Assembly (NCBI GenBank): GCA_002633005.1
Contig: NMRA01000283.1
Location: 284,351 to 348,350 of the forward strand
Source: Phoronis australis
Taxonomy: Eukaryota > Animalia > Phoronida
Length of the DNA: 64,000 nt
Direction: 5' to 3'
Below are positions 26,164 through 39,577 of this stretch, one piece after another. The position numbers were made by a program, and so were the translations under genes. Each line of letters starts with the position of its first letter. Position 1 is the first letter of the stretch. Below the pieces are notes generated by a model, which was given only the letters and a program-made list of their open reading frames with translations, made no database searches and was not told where the DNA came from.

Positions 26164-26319
26164 CAGTGGCGGACTTAGAGTGGGGCCAAGGGGGCCATGC
26201 CCCCGCCAAAAATTCTCCCAGATTTCATTTGGCAGTTCGGAGGAGCGAATGTCTGACGTGGAAAAACCTGGCTTATGCTCTGCCCTGCCCCCCAACTCAA
26301 AATCCTGGATCCGCCCGTA
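26164..26319. mobile_element. MITE with degenerate TIR (CAGTGGCGGA...TCCGCCCGTA), hAT-like
   Basis: cagtggcggacttag at the left end and ctggatccgcccgta at the right end, with subterminal gggggccatgccccc and ctgccccc. No clean TSD seen. Confidence 0.6.
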
Positions 26320-29126
26320 GTCTGGATATGACAAACAACTAGAGCCTTAACTTCTGGGAGTGATACCCTTCCCATGGTAAGAAAAAGAGGTTCATTCAAA
26401 TAGGTTTCCAAATTCAAGAATTGTGAAATTGTGGCCGGTTTCATGTGAACGTTTCATCCGTCGGTTTATGATAAATTTTCTCTAACAATTTAAAATACAT
26501 CATCAGCTATAAAAGTGATTCTATGGAGTTTAAGCTGCTGCCCCCCGCTTTCGTAGTCAAACGCCGTGATTTAGTTAATTAACATGACAGATTATTTTAA
26601 GCGTATTGCAATGGGAAAATCACTTGTCTTGATTTCAGCGAATGTCTGGCAGAAAACGGTGAGATTTGACTATGTGTGATGAAACCACAAAAACAACGGA
26701 TTTTGCTTTTTTATAACTAAAACTGGTCAAAGCTAATGAATTCTAGAATTCTTTCCCATCCAAAAATAATCCCCTAAGTGCGTTTTTTTCGGCCGTAAAA
26801 TCGATAATAATCCTTTAACTGCAGGTTTTCACAGCATTGTTATCGTTTTTCCTCAAAATGAAAATGCTTTCATGTCGTGTTCTGCGTAAAAATGAAAGGT
26901 ACTGTTTCACTCGAGACGATGGCCGAAAAACAAGTTCAAAGCCGTTACTGTGGCAGCGTATTCGGTATGACAAGATATTGACATAGCACACTTCCCTTAT
27001 ATGGATAATGTGACCTTTGGCCTTCCATGTAAACAAAACAACGGCGACTTCAAGCAGCAGCCAGCCCGATTAAGGGGCTGGTTCACAATAGGCACAATAT
27101 GTTAGATCACGTTAAGAAAGACTCTTTTCACTGAAGTTCCATCGCAAACGGTTCATGTCCTTCAATTGCCTACTATGATGCTAGGCGTATTCTCTCACAA
27201 CCCGTGGGTATGGGACCCCCTACCCCCTTTTACTAAAGCCCTTGCCATGGGTCGTAACTCCTGCATTTTCAGCGAGATGGACACTAATAGAGAAAGAGAG
27301 AGGGAGAAAGACACGGAGAATTACAATTCACTCAACCAGAATTGCAAATATAAAATATGAGAATGGATACAAGACATAATTATTGTGTTTACCACAAGAG
27401 TTTTAAAAATCATACCGCGACATACAAATAGATATCTGTAAATATCTGAAAGTGGGTGGAGTCAGAAGGATTCAACGTGTCGTAGATCAAAAGATCTTTA
27501 ATGAATAAAAAGTTTGATGCCAAACATGTCATGCTTGCATTAGTGAAATAGTTATTTAATTAGCTCAGTTTATCAGCTAATTATTTCATGCTCAGTGCTT
27601 TATATTCATATTTAAACAGCTGCACAAAGGCACGTACGCAAGGTTTGAAACGCTTTAATTTACCAAGTGATGAGTAAAAACCCTGCATCATATTTGCTCG
27701 TCTCAGATGGATTTTCATTTTTTTAAAAAGTGAGCAACAAAAACAAAGCACCAACTAGTCGATTTTCGAAAAAATAACGACTCACCAGAACCAACTATGC
27801 TTTTTAGCTTTAACTGTCGTATAGTAAAAAGTATTGTTTATTTTTTTCTTATGTTGTTACAGCGAAAGACCACGGGCTTGCTAATGCTATGACTTTAATA
27901 CAATAAGGTCCAAAAATACTCAGGTCAAGTAATGTTTTAACGACGATAAGTACAAAAAATGGCTTAGAGCCGACTGAGAAAGATATGTATGTTATGGTAT
28001 TGTTTTTGTGATCATGCGAAGTTTGATCACGTGAAATTGTATGTTTTTAAGGAATGGGACGGGGTAAAAATTAGTTATAACATGCCTAACTTACTCGTCA
28101 GACGCATTCATTGATACACCGGAAGTTCTGAATCCTCGGCTTGCCTCACACTTTGCCGAGACCCTCGAGATTAAAAGAATCTCTTAATCTTTCATAGAAT
28201 CCATTGTCGTTATCGCCGCCGAGACGCATGTGCACAATGACGCTATTTCGCACTACGAACAGCAGCGCACGCTCTCATTGAAATGCAGGCAAAAAGCGGT
28301 AACCGTTATATTTTTGTTGTTTTGGAATAAATTTGAACATTCCATTTTGATATGGAAATATACATCATTCGCAGTCGTTCCTGGCATTTTGTCTTTATTT
28401 TGTCTCTTTTCTAAATTGTCGTAAAATAGATGTATTAGTCTCCTGTAAGACCCATGGAAAAGGTCAGTGGAGGCGTGGCGATAATTCAGTGCCAAGAGTT
28501 TCACTCGAAACTTCTCACACAAATGCCCAGGAATTGAAAAAAGAGTACCTTCTAATGTATTCAGAAAGGTTCTCTCATTTCTCCAAAGGCGCAAAGTGAA
28601 CCGTTTGTTGACAAGTTGCCATGGATCAGAAGATAGTCGAACAGTAGTGTTGCCATGTTGAAACAGTTTAAATTTAAAAATATTTATTTCACAATATGCC
28701 TCGGCTGGGCGATCAATTCCAATAAAACATCTCTCCAATAATTTGGTTTAGCTATAGTTAGCGAGATCACTCAAGTTATGACTGTTATTAATTAAATGCA
28801 ATAACAGAAGTTTATTACACCAATTTTGCTTCCTCTGTCATCTGCCGGTGGAAGAGGAATCCCACAAACTGAATGTAAGAAAGCCGCTGACGTAATGAGA
28901 GGCAATGTTTCTCTCGGATTCACGAGCCTCCCCTCTACCATGTAAAATAGTGCTGCTCTTTCTCGATAATTTTAATGCGACATGCCATCATGAGATGACG
29001 TCATTGTCGCTGCGCTAACGCGCATCTGAAGATAAAATTAAAACGCTCGCCAAATTTGATACGGCACATTGTTAAACTGGCAAAGCAAAAAGTAATAAAA
29101 AACTTGGCTGATACCATAACATTATT

Positions 29127-29351
29127 GAGGAGGCAGTGTTGCCTAGTGTGATAGGTGCCCGCTTTCTTTACTCGAGGTCGTGGGTTCGAGTCCCACTAGG
29201 TCACACTGCTAAACCTTTGACTCAGGTTTCTAGCTCCTCAGCTCGGTTTTAACTTTGTATTAATAAAGCACAAAAATGGCTCCAGGTGATCAGTGCAATG
29301 GGCCCACATGCGCGGCCTGCGCACGTCTGGTACAACGTGTATCAGACCGCC
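29127..29351 (+). mobile_element. tRNA-derived SINE, full-length copy
   Basis: A-box-like tgttgcctagtg and B box GGTTCGAGTCCC, followed by a body and 3' region shared with 54741-54950 and with 40681-40750 (inverted). Confidence 0.85.
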
Positions 29352-32300
29352 TTTTACATATCATATATCATAACATTATTTTTGAAATTATAACGTATAT
29401 TTTAGAGAAGAAATGGAATAGAAGTTAACTATAAAGCTCAAGAAAATAACATAGCAATGACATCAGCTTGTGTTGGTAACTGGGACAAAATCCTCTCTGG
29501 TTTGACAAGTCAAGATTCAACGTTGTGAGTTTGCTATCGTGTACATGTAGTTGAAACGGCAGTGTTCCTTAAGAGTGATTATTTGAGAACCTGTAAAATG
29601 GCAATCCATACTGCGAATTCAAATGCTTTTGGCTTAGCCTGTAACTTGGATTAACCAAATGCCGCAGAAATTATGAAAAGGTGCGAAATGAAGTTACGTT
29701 TTTAGACAATCACAAGATTTCTAGTCGATTTTATTTTAAAAGGAAGTGTAGCTTTTTTGAAAGCGATTTTGGACAATTCGGTATTATATTTTACTTACTT
29801 GGGAAAGTATTATGAATCATTTTTGTCGATTCCGGTGATGAGTCTTTCAGTTGAAGCAATCAGTGAACACCGTTGGCTCTATGGTTTTATGGTGTCTAAT
29901 TAGGAGTCATAACTTTCTGTATTAAAGAAAAACAAAAATACAAGGAATCCCACCCCGCCAAAACGTAAACCAAAGCAATTGTATTCAAATATGGCGCTGC
30001 GTGGGGCTTTAAAGAGTCATGTCTGGTTTAAGAATTATTTGTTTTTGCAATAGGAAATCGGCCGACGTTCTCTTCCAGCCGTTCAGTAGAATTAAGTCGA
30101 GGCTGGTGACCTTATAAGCTAAATACGGTTGCATTCCCACATTGGATTTTAGTTTTACAGGCAAAGCATCGTATGCGACCGCTGGCCTCGTGGATTCGAG
30201 CAAGTTGCACAACACAAATTAGTATGACGGGTTGAATAGCTGTCACTTTGGTTTTATTACTTGTTTCTGGCATTGTTGCTCAAGTCAAAGCCAAATAGTA
30301 ACATAACGAGGCTGGGACTGAAAATTTGCTGGCGTTTCGGCCATGGCGCTCAGTCACCATACAATGTAACTGAAAATCTCAGGAGGGTGAAAAGTGAGAT
30401 ATCACGGCTTAACTCAGATCGGTTGACGTTTTCAAGAAAATTCAAGTGTCATCTTGCACTTCCGCAGTCATGTAATCTGAACACTAAAGGTTTCAACGGG
30501 TTTTAGGAAATTGGGTAAATTACATTTTACACCCCATCCCCAAGCTAACATCATTAGTTTCGCCAATGCAGACAACAGACGTAAAATCATCAGAGCCAAC
30601 ACTGTCCTTGTACATTTTCAATGCAGTGCTCTACAAATTTGTGAGTCAGGGATTGTATTTGCATTTGAGTTTAAGTTTGAACAACGACAACTAATTGCCA
30701 AATATCAGAAAGTACAAAAATTTTAAAACAATACCATTACACTTATTAATCTATAAATTTCTAAATAAAGTACATATTAGATTCGTCTAGCCAATGTTTA
30801 ACAACGAGGAAAGTGTCGGATAATCGAAAACAGCAGTAGGCAAAATGAATATTTCATGAAGACGGATCGTACCAAATCATTTGATATTTTTCTCAAATTT
30901 CAGAGCCTTTTTGAATTTGTGCTGGAGAATTATTTCCATATATCAAAAACATAGAAGATGACTGATATTACTACTAACCAAACTGCACGTGCAATAAAAC
31001 AAAAAGCAGGACCGCGCCATGTGCATTTGCCACAGTAGATAAGATTTCTAATCGCACGGTAATAAAGATGAGAAAATAATACATTTTCTATAAAAGAATA
31101 GAAATGCCTTGATAAGGATGGAATGTTTGCTCCAAAAAGTAATTCAAAGAACCACGTGATTTTATCCACAAAAACACTGTGAACACAATAGCTTTGCCAC
31201 CGCTTTTGCCTTGATTGCTTGTGATGAATAGACATGTGTAAAGTCATGTCAAACCTTCATTGTAGTTTTGAAATCACGCTTCTGACTTTGGCGGCAATTA
31301 TGGCATACCTTTGGTAATGCCGAATATATGTGCTTTATTTAATGGATTATGTAGTATGCGTCGTGCGCAGCTTCTAGGTCTTTGGTAAAGCAGTTGACAG
31401 GTATATCTGCATTAGTTGTCATGGCAACCATTCTTAGGTTTTCAAAATTTTCCTACTGGTTTTGACATAACAGTCATAAATCTTTGCTTTTAGTAATTGA
31501 TTTATGCAAATTTATTGCATTAGTTATACACAGTTTTTATGTTGTGAAAAAGGCTATTTCCATGTTTGTGTACGTGAGTTTCTCAGGGAATTATTACTAG
31601 CTGTGATGTATCTCGTAAAACAGAGTTTGCTTTAAACAGCTCAAATTCTTCAAAAATTTCCGGTGTGTAGCGTGCGCTGATTTCTATAATGGCGTGATTC
31701 CAGATTACCAGGTTACTCTGGCAATCTTGCATGGCAACGCCTCCCAAGAATCTAGGGGGGTTACTGAAAATGTTTTGAGTACGGTTCAAGCCTAAAGCTG
31801 CTGACGTTGAAAGTCAAAATACCGGGTTATCATGAAAACGATATCCAATTCAGCTTATCAGCACCCCGACGTTTTTTAAAGAATCACTCAGGCATGGTTT
31901 CCTGATTCTGACACCACTGTCCTCAAACCTGAAATTGATTTTAGCAAGACAAAATACCTGGTTCTGGTTACAATGGTAAATTTCAACTTGGTAACTCCCT
32001 TGAGTTTCAAGGGATGGTGACTACAAATACTTTGACCGTGGTTGTCAGCTTCTAAGCATAAAATTACACATTTATGACGGCTCACTAATATTACTTATTA
32101 CTTTATGTTATTAACTACAAATATAATTTACAAAATGCATTCGTTCATCAAACCTCAACCTGATACTGTGGAACCCATTTCGCGCTCGTGATTGCATAGT
32201 TGTGCTGGGAGTTCTTGTTTTCCATTTTGTAATCTCACACGATGGAGAAATCCTATGACAACGCTCTTACAGTGCAGTAATTCAATCCGAAATCATGGAC

Positions 32301-33309
32301 GAGATCCCAAGAAGTGATTATTGTTCGAGAGAAAGAAATGCGGTTGGTAAGAAAATAATTAGGTTAGTTGGACTCATTCGCCTTAAATGAGAAAAGAAAT
32401 TCAGTTAGTACACGTAAGAAATGTCTTGAGTTGATGAGAAAGGGGTGTTCTCGTTGAAATGAGAACGCCCGTGTGGACTTTGAGGGAGAAAGAATGTCCA
32501 ACCTACACTAAAATTTATTTTATGGTTTTGAAAAAGCAACGATTTCAATTCTCACCGAACCAAAATTTTACTTTCTTGCAACAAGGTGCACAAACACAGA
32601 CGGTTGAGTCATATAAAAAATTACAACAAAATTGAGACTAAAACAGGTTTGATGGGGTTAGTCTTCTAATATTATTCATCACTGCGATATTTACCCACAA
32701 TTCTGTACATAAACCGGATACTTCTACAACCTCATTTTTGCAGCACAATCTACATGCATGACTCCGTGAGTGTCAGCACACAGTACTGTTGTTGTTGTTG
32801 TAAGGTTATTATCTGATTTTTCTTATTTTACATTCCAAAATAGCCCGTAAAGGTCATTTGGTATTAAGGTAATCTAATTTTAATTTTTTTCCTACAGTTT
32901 TAAAGACGTGTTTTTCAAGTTCATAGTACACATATAGGCCTGAATGCCAATTAATCAATTTATTTTTCTCAGAGATACAGATGTTAGAGGTCGCTGAGAG
33001 CAAATTTGTATTCTACTTCATCAATAGCTAGACTTGTGTGATAATCGGTATTATCCAAAGCTTTCATTGTACCTCTATGCACCTCAGGGATAATTAGGGC
33101 AAAGGTTATTTAATTTCCATATCTCTCCTATAGTTTAAGACCTACTTTTCAACTCCGGTGAACATGCAGGAGTCAGGTAACGAGTATATTTCAGGGAATA
33201 TTTTTCTAAGCGATCCAATCATCCAGTCAGATGTTATAGGTCAAGCGTCATTTTCTACAAACACAAAAATTGAGCTAGACACTTTAATTTTAGGTACAGT
33301 AGACTAGTG

Positions 33310-34000
33310 GTATGTCAAAACAAGTTTCAACCACAAACTTTGGGGTCATTTGGTTCACTTATCGGTTCCTCTGAAAGGTCGTCAGTCGATTTTACTCTCA
33401 TAGTATTCAATCAGTTCACTTCTATTGTAATAACTTCAAATGTCACAAGGTAGATATACAGTGCTCATCACCACAAAAGTCATTACTAACATCATTTACG
33501 CCATCACCATCATCTTTACGATCACGCGCAGAGGCATCACTGACGTCATTGGCACTAACCTTCTAGTTGCTTATTACTGCTATATAACTGTGAATGCATA
33601 ACATGACGGCCTGTGGACACTCTAATCACATTTTTCCAAAAAACCTTGGTAAATTTCTCAAGAATTAATAGAAAATTAGACATATGAAATGCTGTGACAT
33701 AATACTGGGAGTGTGCTTTAAAATCTTGGTTAATGAAGGGAAAGAGGAGTGTTGTTTGATCTCTATATTTTTGTTCCATGTTTTAATGGTCGGTAGCACG
33801 AAAGTGCTCCTCGCTAGCTGCTTGCGAATCCAGTGAATGTAGGCATAATCTGTTAAACGATACTAATAAATGACTTTCATAAATAACTCAAAGGTAAATG
33901 CTTGAGAATGGTTTAAAACGTATTTTGCGTGGTGTTTTTACAAAGCCGACTAGCCAAGAGCAAAGTAGCGTTGCGTAGTCCAGGTTTCTTGAGAAAAAAC
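33310..34000 (-). pseudogene. Possible highly degenerate THAP/Kolobok transposase remnant
   Basis: Frame-shifted peptides in the expected order: WLVGFVKTPRKIRFKPFSSIYL, FVLPTIK (cf. AVPTI), an acidic linker, and PKFVVETCF (cf. KFIVFESCL). Confidence 0.3.
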
Positions 34001-34925
34001 ACGATCACGCAAAATCACACGAGTGAAAGACGAATATTTCGGGAGTATGCTCGAAGCTTACTAGAATATCCCACCAAATTAGCGGACACTGAAAGACTGG
34101 TCGGTGAGGTTGGGGTTGAATTGTGGGATTGAATTGAGGTTGTGTTTGAATTAAGGTCATGCAGGACCTTGTCGACACGTCTTTGTATTTAGCAAAACAT
34201 CTGCAAAACTATGGATTTTAAATCGGTAAACGCATATCGTTTTGGAAGGTAGGACGACTACAAAATTTACCAAAAATGAAAGTACTTTGATAGCAAAACA
34301 ACGGTATCAGTAATATGACCGACGAAGTTTTGTTTGACGTAAATATATATTCAAGATGAAATCTCAAAAGCGATGTTACAGTTTTCTAAATTGTCATTTC
34401 GTTCGTTTTATGCAACGTTTAATATTTCAATGAAAATCACTAAGTTCCTATTTTTGATAGCCCCTCGTACAAAAGTGAATCATTTTAAAAACATTCTGAA
34501 CTGTGTTTTAAAGAACAGGGCATAAAGCAGAGTATCTGAAAGTTTCATATGACTCCAATCAGCCATGTCTGAGATACGGTGTTACGAAGTTAGCCAAATT
34601 TGGACATTTTTCTAGGATCCTACATAGTCATAACTTGTTTCTGTCTTAGAAGTGAAGATTTTTGCCGCAAGTGCCAGCTAATGTATTGCGTCTCTGAACG
34701 CTAATCAGGGCAGAGCAAAAGTGTGCGTCTTAAGTCGACACGAACACATAACAGACAGCGAGAGCAAGAACTTTTGGATGAGTCCGCGAGATTTGTAGAA
34801 AAACGATCTCCGTCATTGGAAGGGCGACGACGAGTAAGAAGATGAAGAGCTCAAATTCTATCGATCGCGTTCGAATAAAGACGCCTGGAACGCGAAAAAC
34901 AACAAACTACATTATCCACTGTGGC

Positions 34926-35326
34926 TTTCTGCCACTGAAACAAAAGTCAAACTGCTCACTAGGTATTTTTACAGTTGTTCGTAAAGATTTTCAATTTCTG
35001 TTGATGTCAAAATATGTTTCCTTTGGTTTCAAATTCAAAAAACGATCTGTCATCTACTCGGTACTATTTGGTATGGCGCTTTCAAACAGCAGCCATTTCC
35101 GACGTTTCGAGCGCATGCGCGCACATACATTGTTGGAGGCGGAGAATTTGAAAGTGCATTGGGATGAAAGAGTTGATATTTCGTCCGTGTTTTACAAAAA
35201 GTAAAACTGACGATTATTTCTACAATTTTTTTGCAAAATTCAAAGTGAATAACTCTCAAGTTAGCATCCCCAAGTAGATATGTTTAAAAGGTATTTCTTA
35301 CGAGTTTTCGTGTTCTATGGCTCTTT
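34926..35326 (+). repeat. Dispersed repeat family B, copy 1 (probably a non-autonomous DNA transposon interior)
   Basis: tttctgccactgaaacaaaagtcaaactgctcactaggtattttt...gagcgcatgcgcgca...acgagttttcgtgttctatg aligns to 41012-41404. Confidence 0.75.
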
Positions 35327-37520
35327 ATTTTAATGCATTTCGACTTATACGCTATGGAACAGAGCAGGTTACAGTCCATCCCCGTCGTTCACTCGACTGA
35401 CGTCTTCTTGTGACGTAAACGGAGATCACGTTATACGAAAACATGGTGATAGACTGACTGGAAGCACCGATAGAGGCAGAACCTGTACACGTACACGCAG
35501 TATCTATGTCATTTTGACGCACAAGGAAAATCCTGCCAAAGCTAAAATGGTCATCAGGGTGCTACGCCGCACAACGGAGGTCTGAAGTCAGCCATCTCCC
35601 ACTTACTGTGTTTTTGTGGCGTAATAGATCGCGTGACAAACATTTTCCCCAGGAATCCAGAATGTTATTGTTATACATTAATTAGAGTTAGTTAATGACT
35701 GCAATGCAGCCCGAGATTTGTTAACTAATAAATTTCAACCTTTTGTGACTGCAAAGTTACACGAGTTAAATGACCGAAATATCGGACAATTTGACGCGTT
35801 TTCCATCATATTTCATTGAAAATATTACGAATTGATGTAAATTTTTACTGAAATAAAGACTTACCTTTACGGGAATTGTTCTGTTACTAAATCTTGTCAC
35901 CGCAAGTCATATTTATGTTCTGACTGATCTTTAGAAAACCCAACTAGGAAATCCTCGGAGAATCTAAAATCGCATACGCCACACCGCGGTAAACTGACTA
36001 ACCAAGTAATGGCCGCGGCACATTTTCGCCAAATGACAGCAAGGGTGTTTTGATATATTTGCTGCTAGAGCACAGCTCTATTTGCAACAAAATTATCTAT
36101 AAAACGCAATTTGATGAAAGCGCTGCGCTTCTTCAATGAATCAGTGCAGACGATCAAAGCAAGTGCAGTCTCACTACAGCGTAAAGTATCTGTTAGATTG
36201 CTAGGGTTTGACTATAGTTTAATTACAAATGGAAAAGTGGAGCAGCGGAAGTTTGCCATGAGTTCATTCATATGTTTTCATTGTAGAGAGAGATTTTAAG
36301 TTCAGCTTTTGTACCTGTTTTATGCGATCGTTCACTCGTGGCCGACATGGGGATTCAAACTGCACCTTAGTCTCGGCGAAATCAAAACGAGGTAATGTTA
36401 TAAAAACGAGACAGTACCATATAGCAGTAGTAGTACTGTTCGCCAATGTGCCGTTCTTAAGTTTTCACTGCCTGCCAATACATTTTCCCTGCTGTGCTGT
36501 TGACGACTTCACGTTAGTAGTTTTCGGACATATGGACCTTTTGACTTGTGGCACCTTTTACTTATTTAGCAGTAACGAACACTTTTACTTTTTGTCGTAC
36601 TGGTGATCATTCTTACTCATAATCCTTCGAACTGTTTTCCGACTTGAGAACCTTCGGTCTTACGGGTCATTTTAAAAATACACGTATTTGTCAGAATGAA
36701 TGCGCCTTCGGATTGTCGGACTATCGCGCGATAGCCATTCAAATTGATATCGATGAGCGTCCAAGGACTGGTTTAGAACGTGCCTTGATCGTCTTCGTTG
36801 TTTACCACTATACCAAGATTTGATGACCTGCGACACGGCGCTGAAATGTTGCTGCTTGTGAATTTAACCCTCTAGTTTAAATTTCGCCTCGTGTTATATC
36901 GCAACGTAGTTTGCTTGGGCAACAGATGTACCTGCCAAGGTTGGCGTCACAGTCTGTTGATTCAAGGAAATTCGTTAAACCAGTAGCTATATGCGGAATG
37001 TATCATCACTCTGTGTCCGCCTCACTTAAACGAAAGCGACGGACTGTTCAGAAATTAGATCAATTCTATCCCGTTAGTAAATAACTATTAATTCACGCAA
37101 ATGTTGTCTTCCGTTTTACCAAAATTAGCTGGGCTTCTGGTCTTCAACGTGACACTTTCGACCAATAGGTAATACTTGGCTAAAACGGAAAATAATACTT
37201 GCCGTGATAACGATTTTTCGAAAAGTGTCATCGATCAACAAAGCAGAGTAACGAGTACAGCTGTAAATTGACTGATAGACAAATATATCATTGGAAATAA
37301 TTTACAGTATTAGCTACGTAATCATTGACCGCCCGTCTAATTAATGAGACTTAACAATACAAAGCGACTAAAATCCATTTGAATCATTGTGTCCCTCCCA
37401 TGGCGTGTTGTTTTTGGGATATATATTTGTCTGCCACTTTGTCCGAACGTAAAAAATAGCTTGATTTGTACTTGGAGCTTGAGTAGTTGGAAATGCTTGC
37501 CTTAAAGTATGGGTGGTTTA

Positions 37521-37735
37521 TACGGTGGCTGTAAATGGACGGCACGGCAACTATTTTTCTCCGTTGCTTAGTATCTCTATCGATAGACTTACTAACTCTA
37601 TCGGTAGACTTACTATCTCTGTCGATGGACTAACTAACTCTCGGATAGACTTGCTATCTCTATAGATAGACTTACTAACTCTATCGATAAGGAGAACAAA
37701 AAAAGTTACCGTGCTGTTCTTTTACAGCCACCGTA
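37521..37735. mobile_element. IS3EU-like MITE (215 bp) with internal minisatellite
   Basis: The TIR TACGGTGGCTGTAAA / TTTACAGCCACCGTA extends imperfectly inward. It has TAC...GTA termini and a 6-bp TSD GGTTTA/GGTTTG (1 mismatch), both consistent with IS3EU. Confidence 0.8.
37570..37689. repeat. ~21-bp minisatellite (ACTAWCTCTATCGATAGACTT), ~5.5 copies
   Basis: Tandem units are read directly; the consensus contains the palindrome TCTATCGATAGA. Confidence 0.9.
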
Positions 37736-39374
37736 GGTTTGTACAAGTGATATGGAGATGATTAGATATCAGTCAACAAAAACGTTCGTTGTGCGCTAAA
37801 AAACTGCACTCCAACCGTGTACTGACAAGGGTGTGCGTAATATCTGGCATCCAGAAGATATGCCATCCAGAGGTTTTAGCTCATTTTGATTGCAAAGCTT
37901 ATAATTGCACACTTGCATGATAAACCAAGATTTATTCTCTTATTCGGAATGAGAGTCTCTCCCAGTCACTAGATCGAGCATCTTTGCACCGCACACAAAG
38001 TTCATGGACATGACACCTTTACAGACAGTTTAAATTGTATTAAGAATTAGTGCACGAGAGGAATATTGATCGTTAGCAGTCCCTTTCATGAGAATCTGTG
38101 TCCCCAATTCGATGCACAAACATTTAAATGAGACTATCGTTACTTTTGGGACACACTGTGGTGATTTTCCAAGATTGGGTGACTTAATTTGTATAAGAAC
38201 ATGTAATTTCCTAATGAAATTAGTTTTAATTTACTTATCTAGAAGTATAAAACATGTTTCTTTCATCTATTTCCCCAGACAAAAAAATCGTATGCGTGCG
38301 TATGATGCATTAGTTCTAGTGGGTAATTTCGAAATCACTTGTTAAAAGAAGTCTCAAGCTGAAAACATACTTTTTTCTGGGTCATTTATTACAATCATTA
38401 CTGTTCGTGTTCGCTTCAGAAACTCTAAAGACTACTTTCCATTCACCTGTCGAATTTACACTATTTGAAAGGTGCCAGGTCAGGGCTCCTCAGTACGAAT
38501 GTGTTTCAAACCGAATTTTTTTATGTATGAGCTAACCTTCCACATATAAATAGAACATAAAATGCAACTGTTTGAAGGAGCCCTCCAGGGATTAGATACT
38601 TAGAAATGGAGAGTTCGAGTTCAGAGTTGGCACCAACCGAATAAAAAGATAAATAAACGAGAGATGTTTGCCCCGATTGTCAGTGTTTGTGTTGCAGAAT
38701 GTAAATCAAATTTTCATTTTGAACATTGAAACCGAATAAACGAGCGGCATCATGAATATTTCACAGTATACCTTTATATCGCAAAATAATGAGTTCCAAT
38801 GCGCTACTAAGTTATTTAAAACTGCTTAAACTGTACTTCGAAATTATAACATTGACACACGATTTATTTATTTAAAAACTTAAAATAAATTGAAAACAAG
38901 TGACCATGAATGGCTGACGCTGAAGCACCATGTTTCTCAACTTTTACGAGAAATCGAAGATTTGGTGTTAAACTATCTGAGGGGAAACTGAACCTTTCTG
39001 CGTTTTTGATTAGCGAAAATTCATTTACCGTTTTCATATTTCGCTTCAAAATCGCGAAATGTCTTATTCGCAAGTCAGTGATTTCCGTAGAGTTTTCCTG
39101 ACTGCCCGAGGTTTTAATATGCGCCTGATGCGGTCATACTGGGGAACACTGGTTAACTTTTTCAACGAAACTCTTCGCACCCCTGGTCTTACATTTCAGT
39201 GGTAATATTCAGGCACCAAATTATTTATAAACACGGTTCTTGATTTCTTGTTTACGACAGATTTAGGTACATGTGACTATTAAGTAATGGTCTGAGAAAC
39301 CAGATTCCATAATTTTTTCATCTAACCACTCGTGTTGCTTTGTCGTAGTCACATAGGAACCTTGTGTTTCTAAT

Positions 39375-39577
39375 GGTCTATTTACACCAACCTCCAGCCT
39401 TTTTACATTGGCACGACGTTTCGGTCGGTCATATCTCCGGCCATCTTCAGGTGTGATTGTACAATACACCCGTGCTCGTTCTTTTAAGAACGCTATAACA
39501 GCCGAAGATGGGCGGAGAAATGGCCGGCCAAAACGTCGTGCCAATGTAAATAGGCACGAGGGTTGTGTAATTCGACC
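39375..39577. mobile_element. Inverted pair of Penelope-like terminal repeat segments
   Basis: Arms 39375-39449 and 39502-39577 are inverted repeats, each ending in (g/a)aaacgtcgtgccaatgtaaa... Confidence 0.7.
39404..39461 (-). ncRNA. Minimal type I hammerhead ribozyme motif (Penelope-type)
   Basis: The minus strand reads UACAAUCA-CAC-CUGAAGA-U-GGCCGG-AGAUAUGA-CCGACC-GAAAC-GUC^GUG-CCAA-UGUA. The core, stems I and II and a palindromic ACGU stem III are present. Confidence 0.7.

Noticed and set aside
28253-28738. 161-aa ORF with faint resemblance to a Harbinger transposase N-terminus (RNERTF...HLCEKFRV)
   Set aside because: The similarity is limited to a few residues, and no DDE region or TIRs were found.
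29127-29205. Functional tRNA gene
   Set aside because: There is no convincing acceptor stem or cloverleaf, and the sequence continues into a body shared with other SINE copies.
32860-33260. Degenerate ~250-bp tandem duplication with acceptor-like sites
   Set aside because: The similarity is patchy and no reading frame is supported.
37570-37689. Palindromic 21-bp repeats as a CRISPR array
   Set aside because: The units are contiguous with no unique spacers, there are no cas genes, and the array lies inside a MITE.
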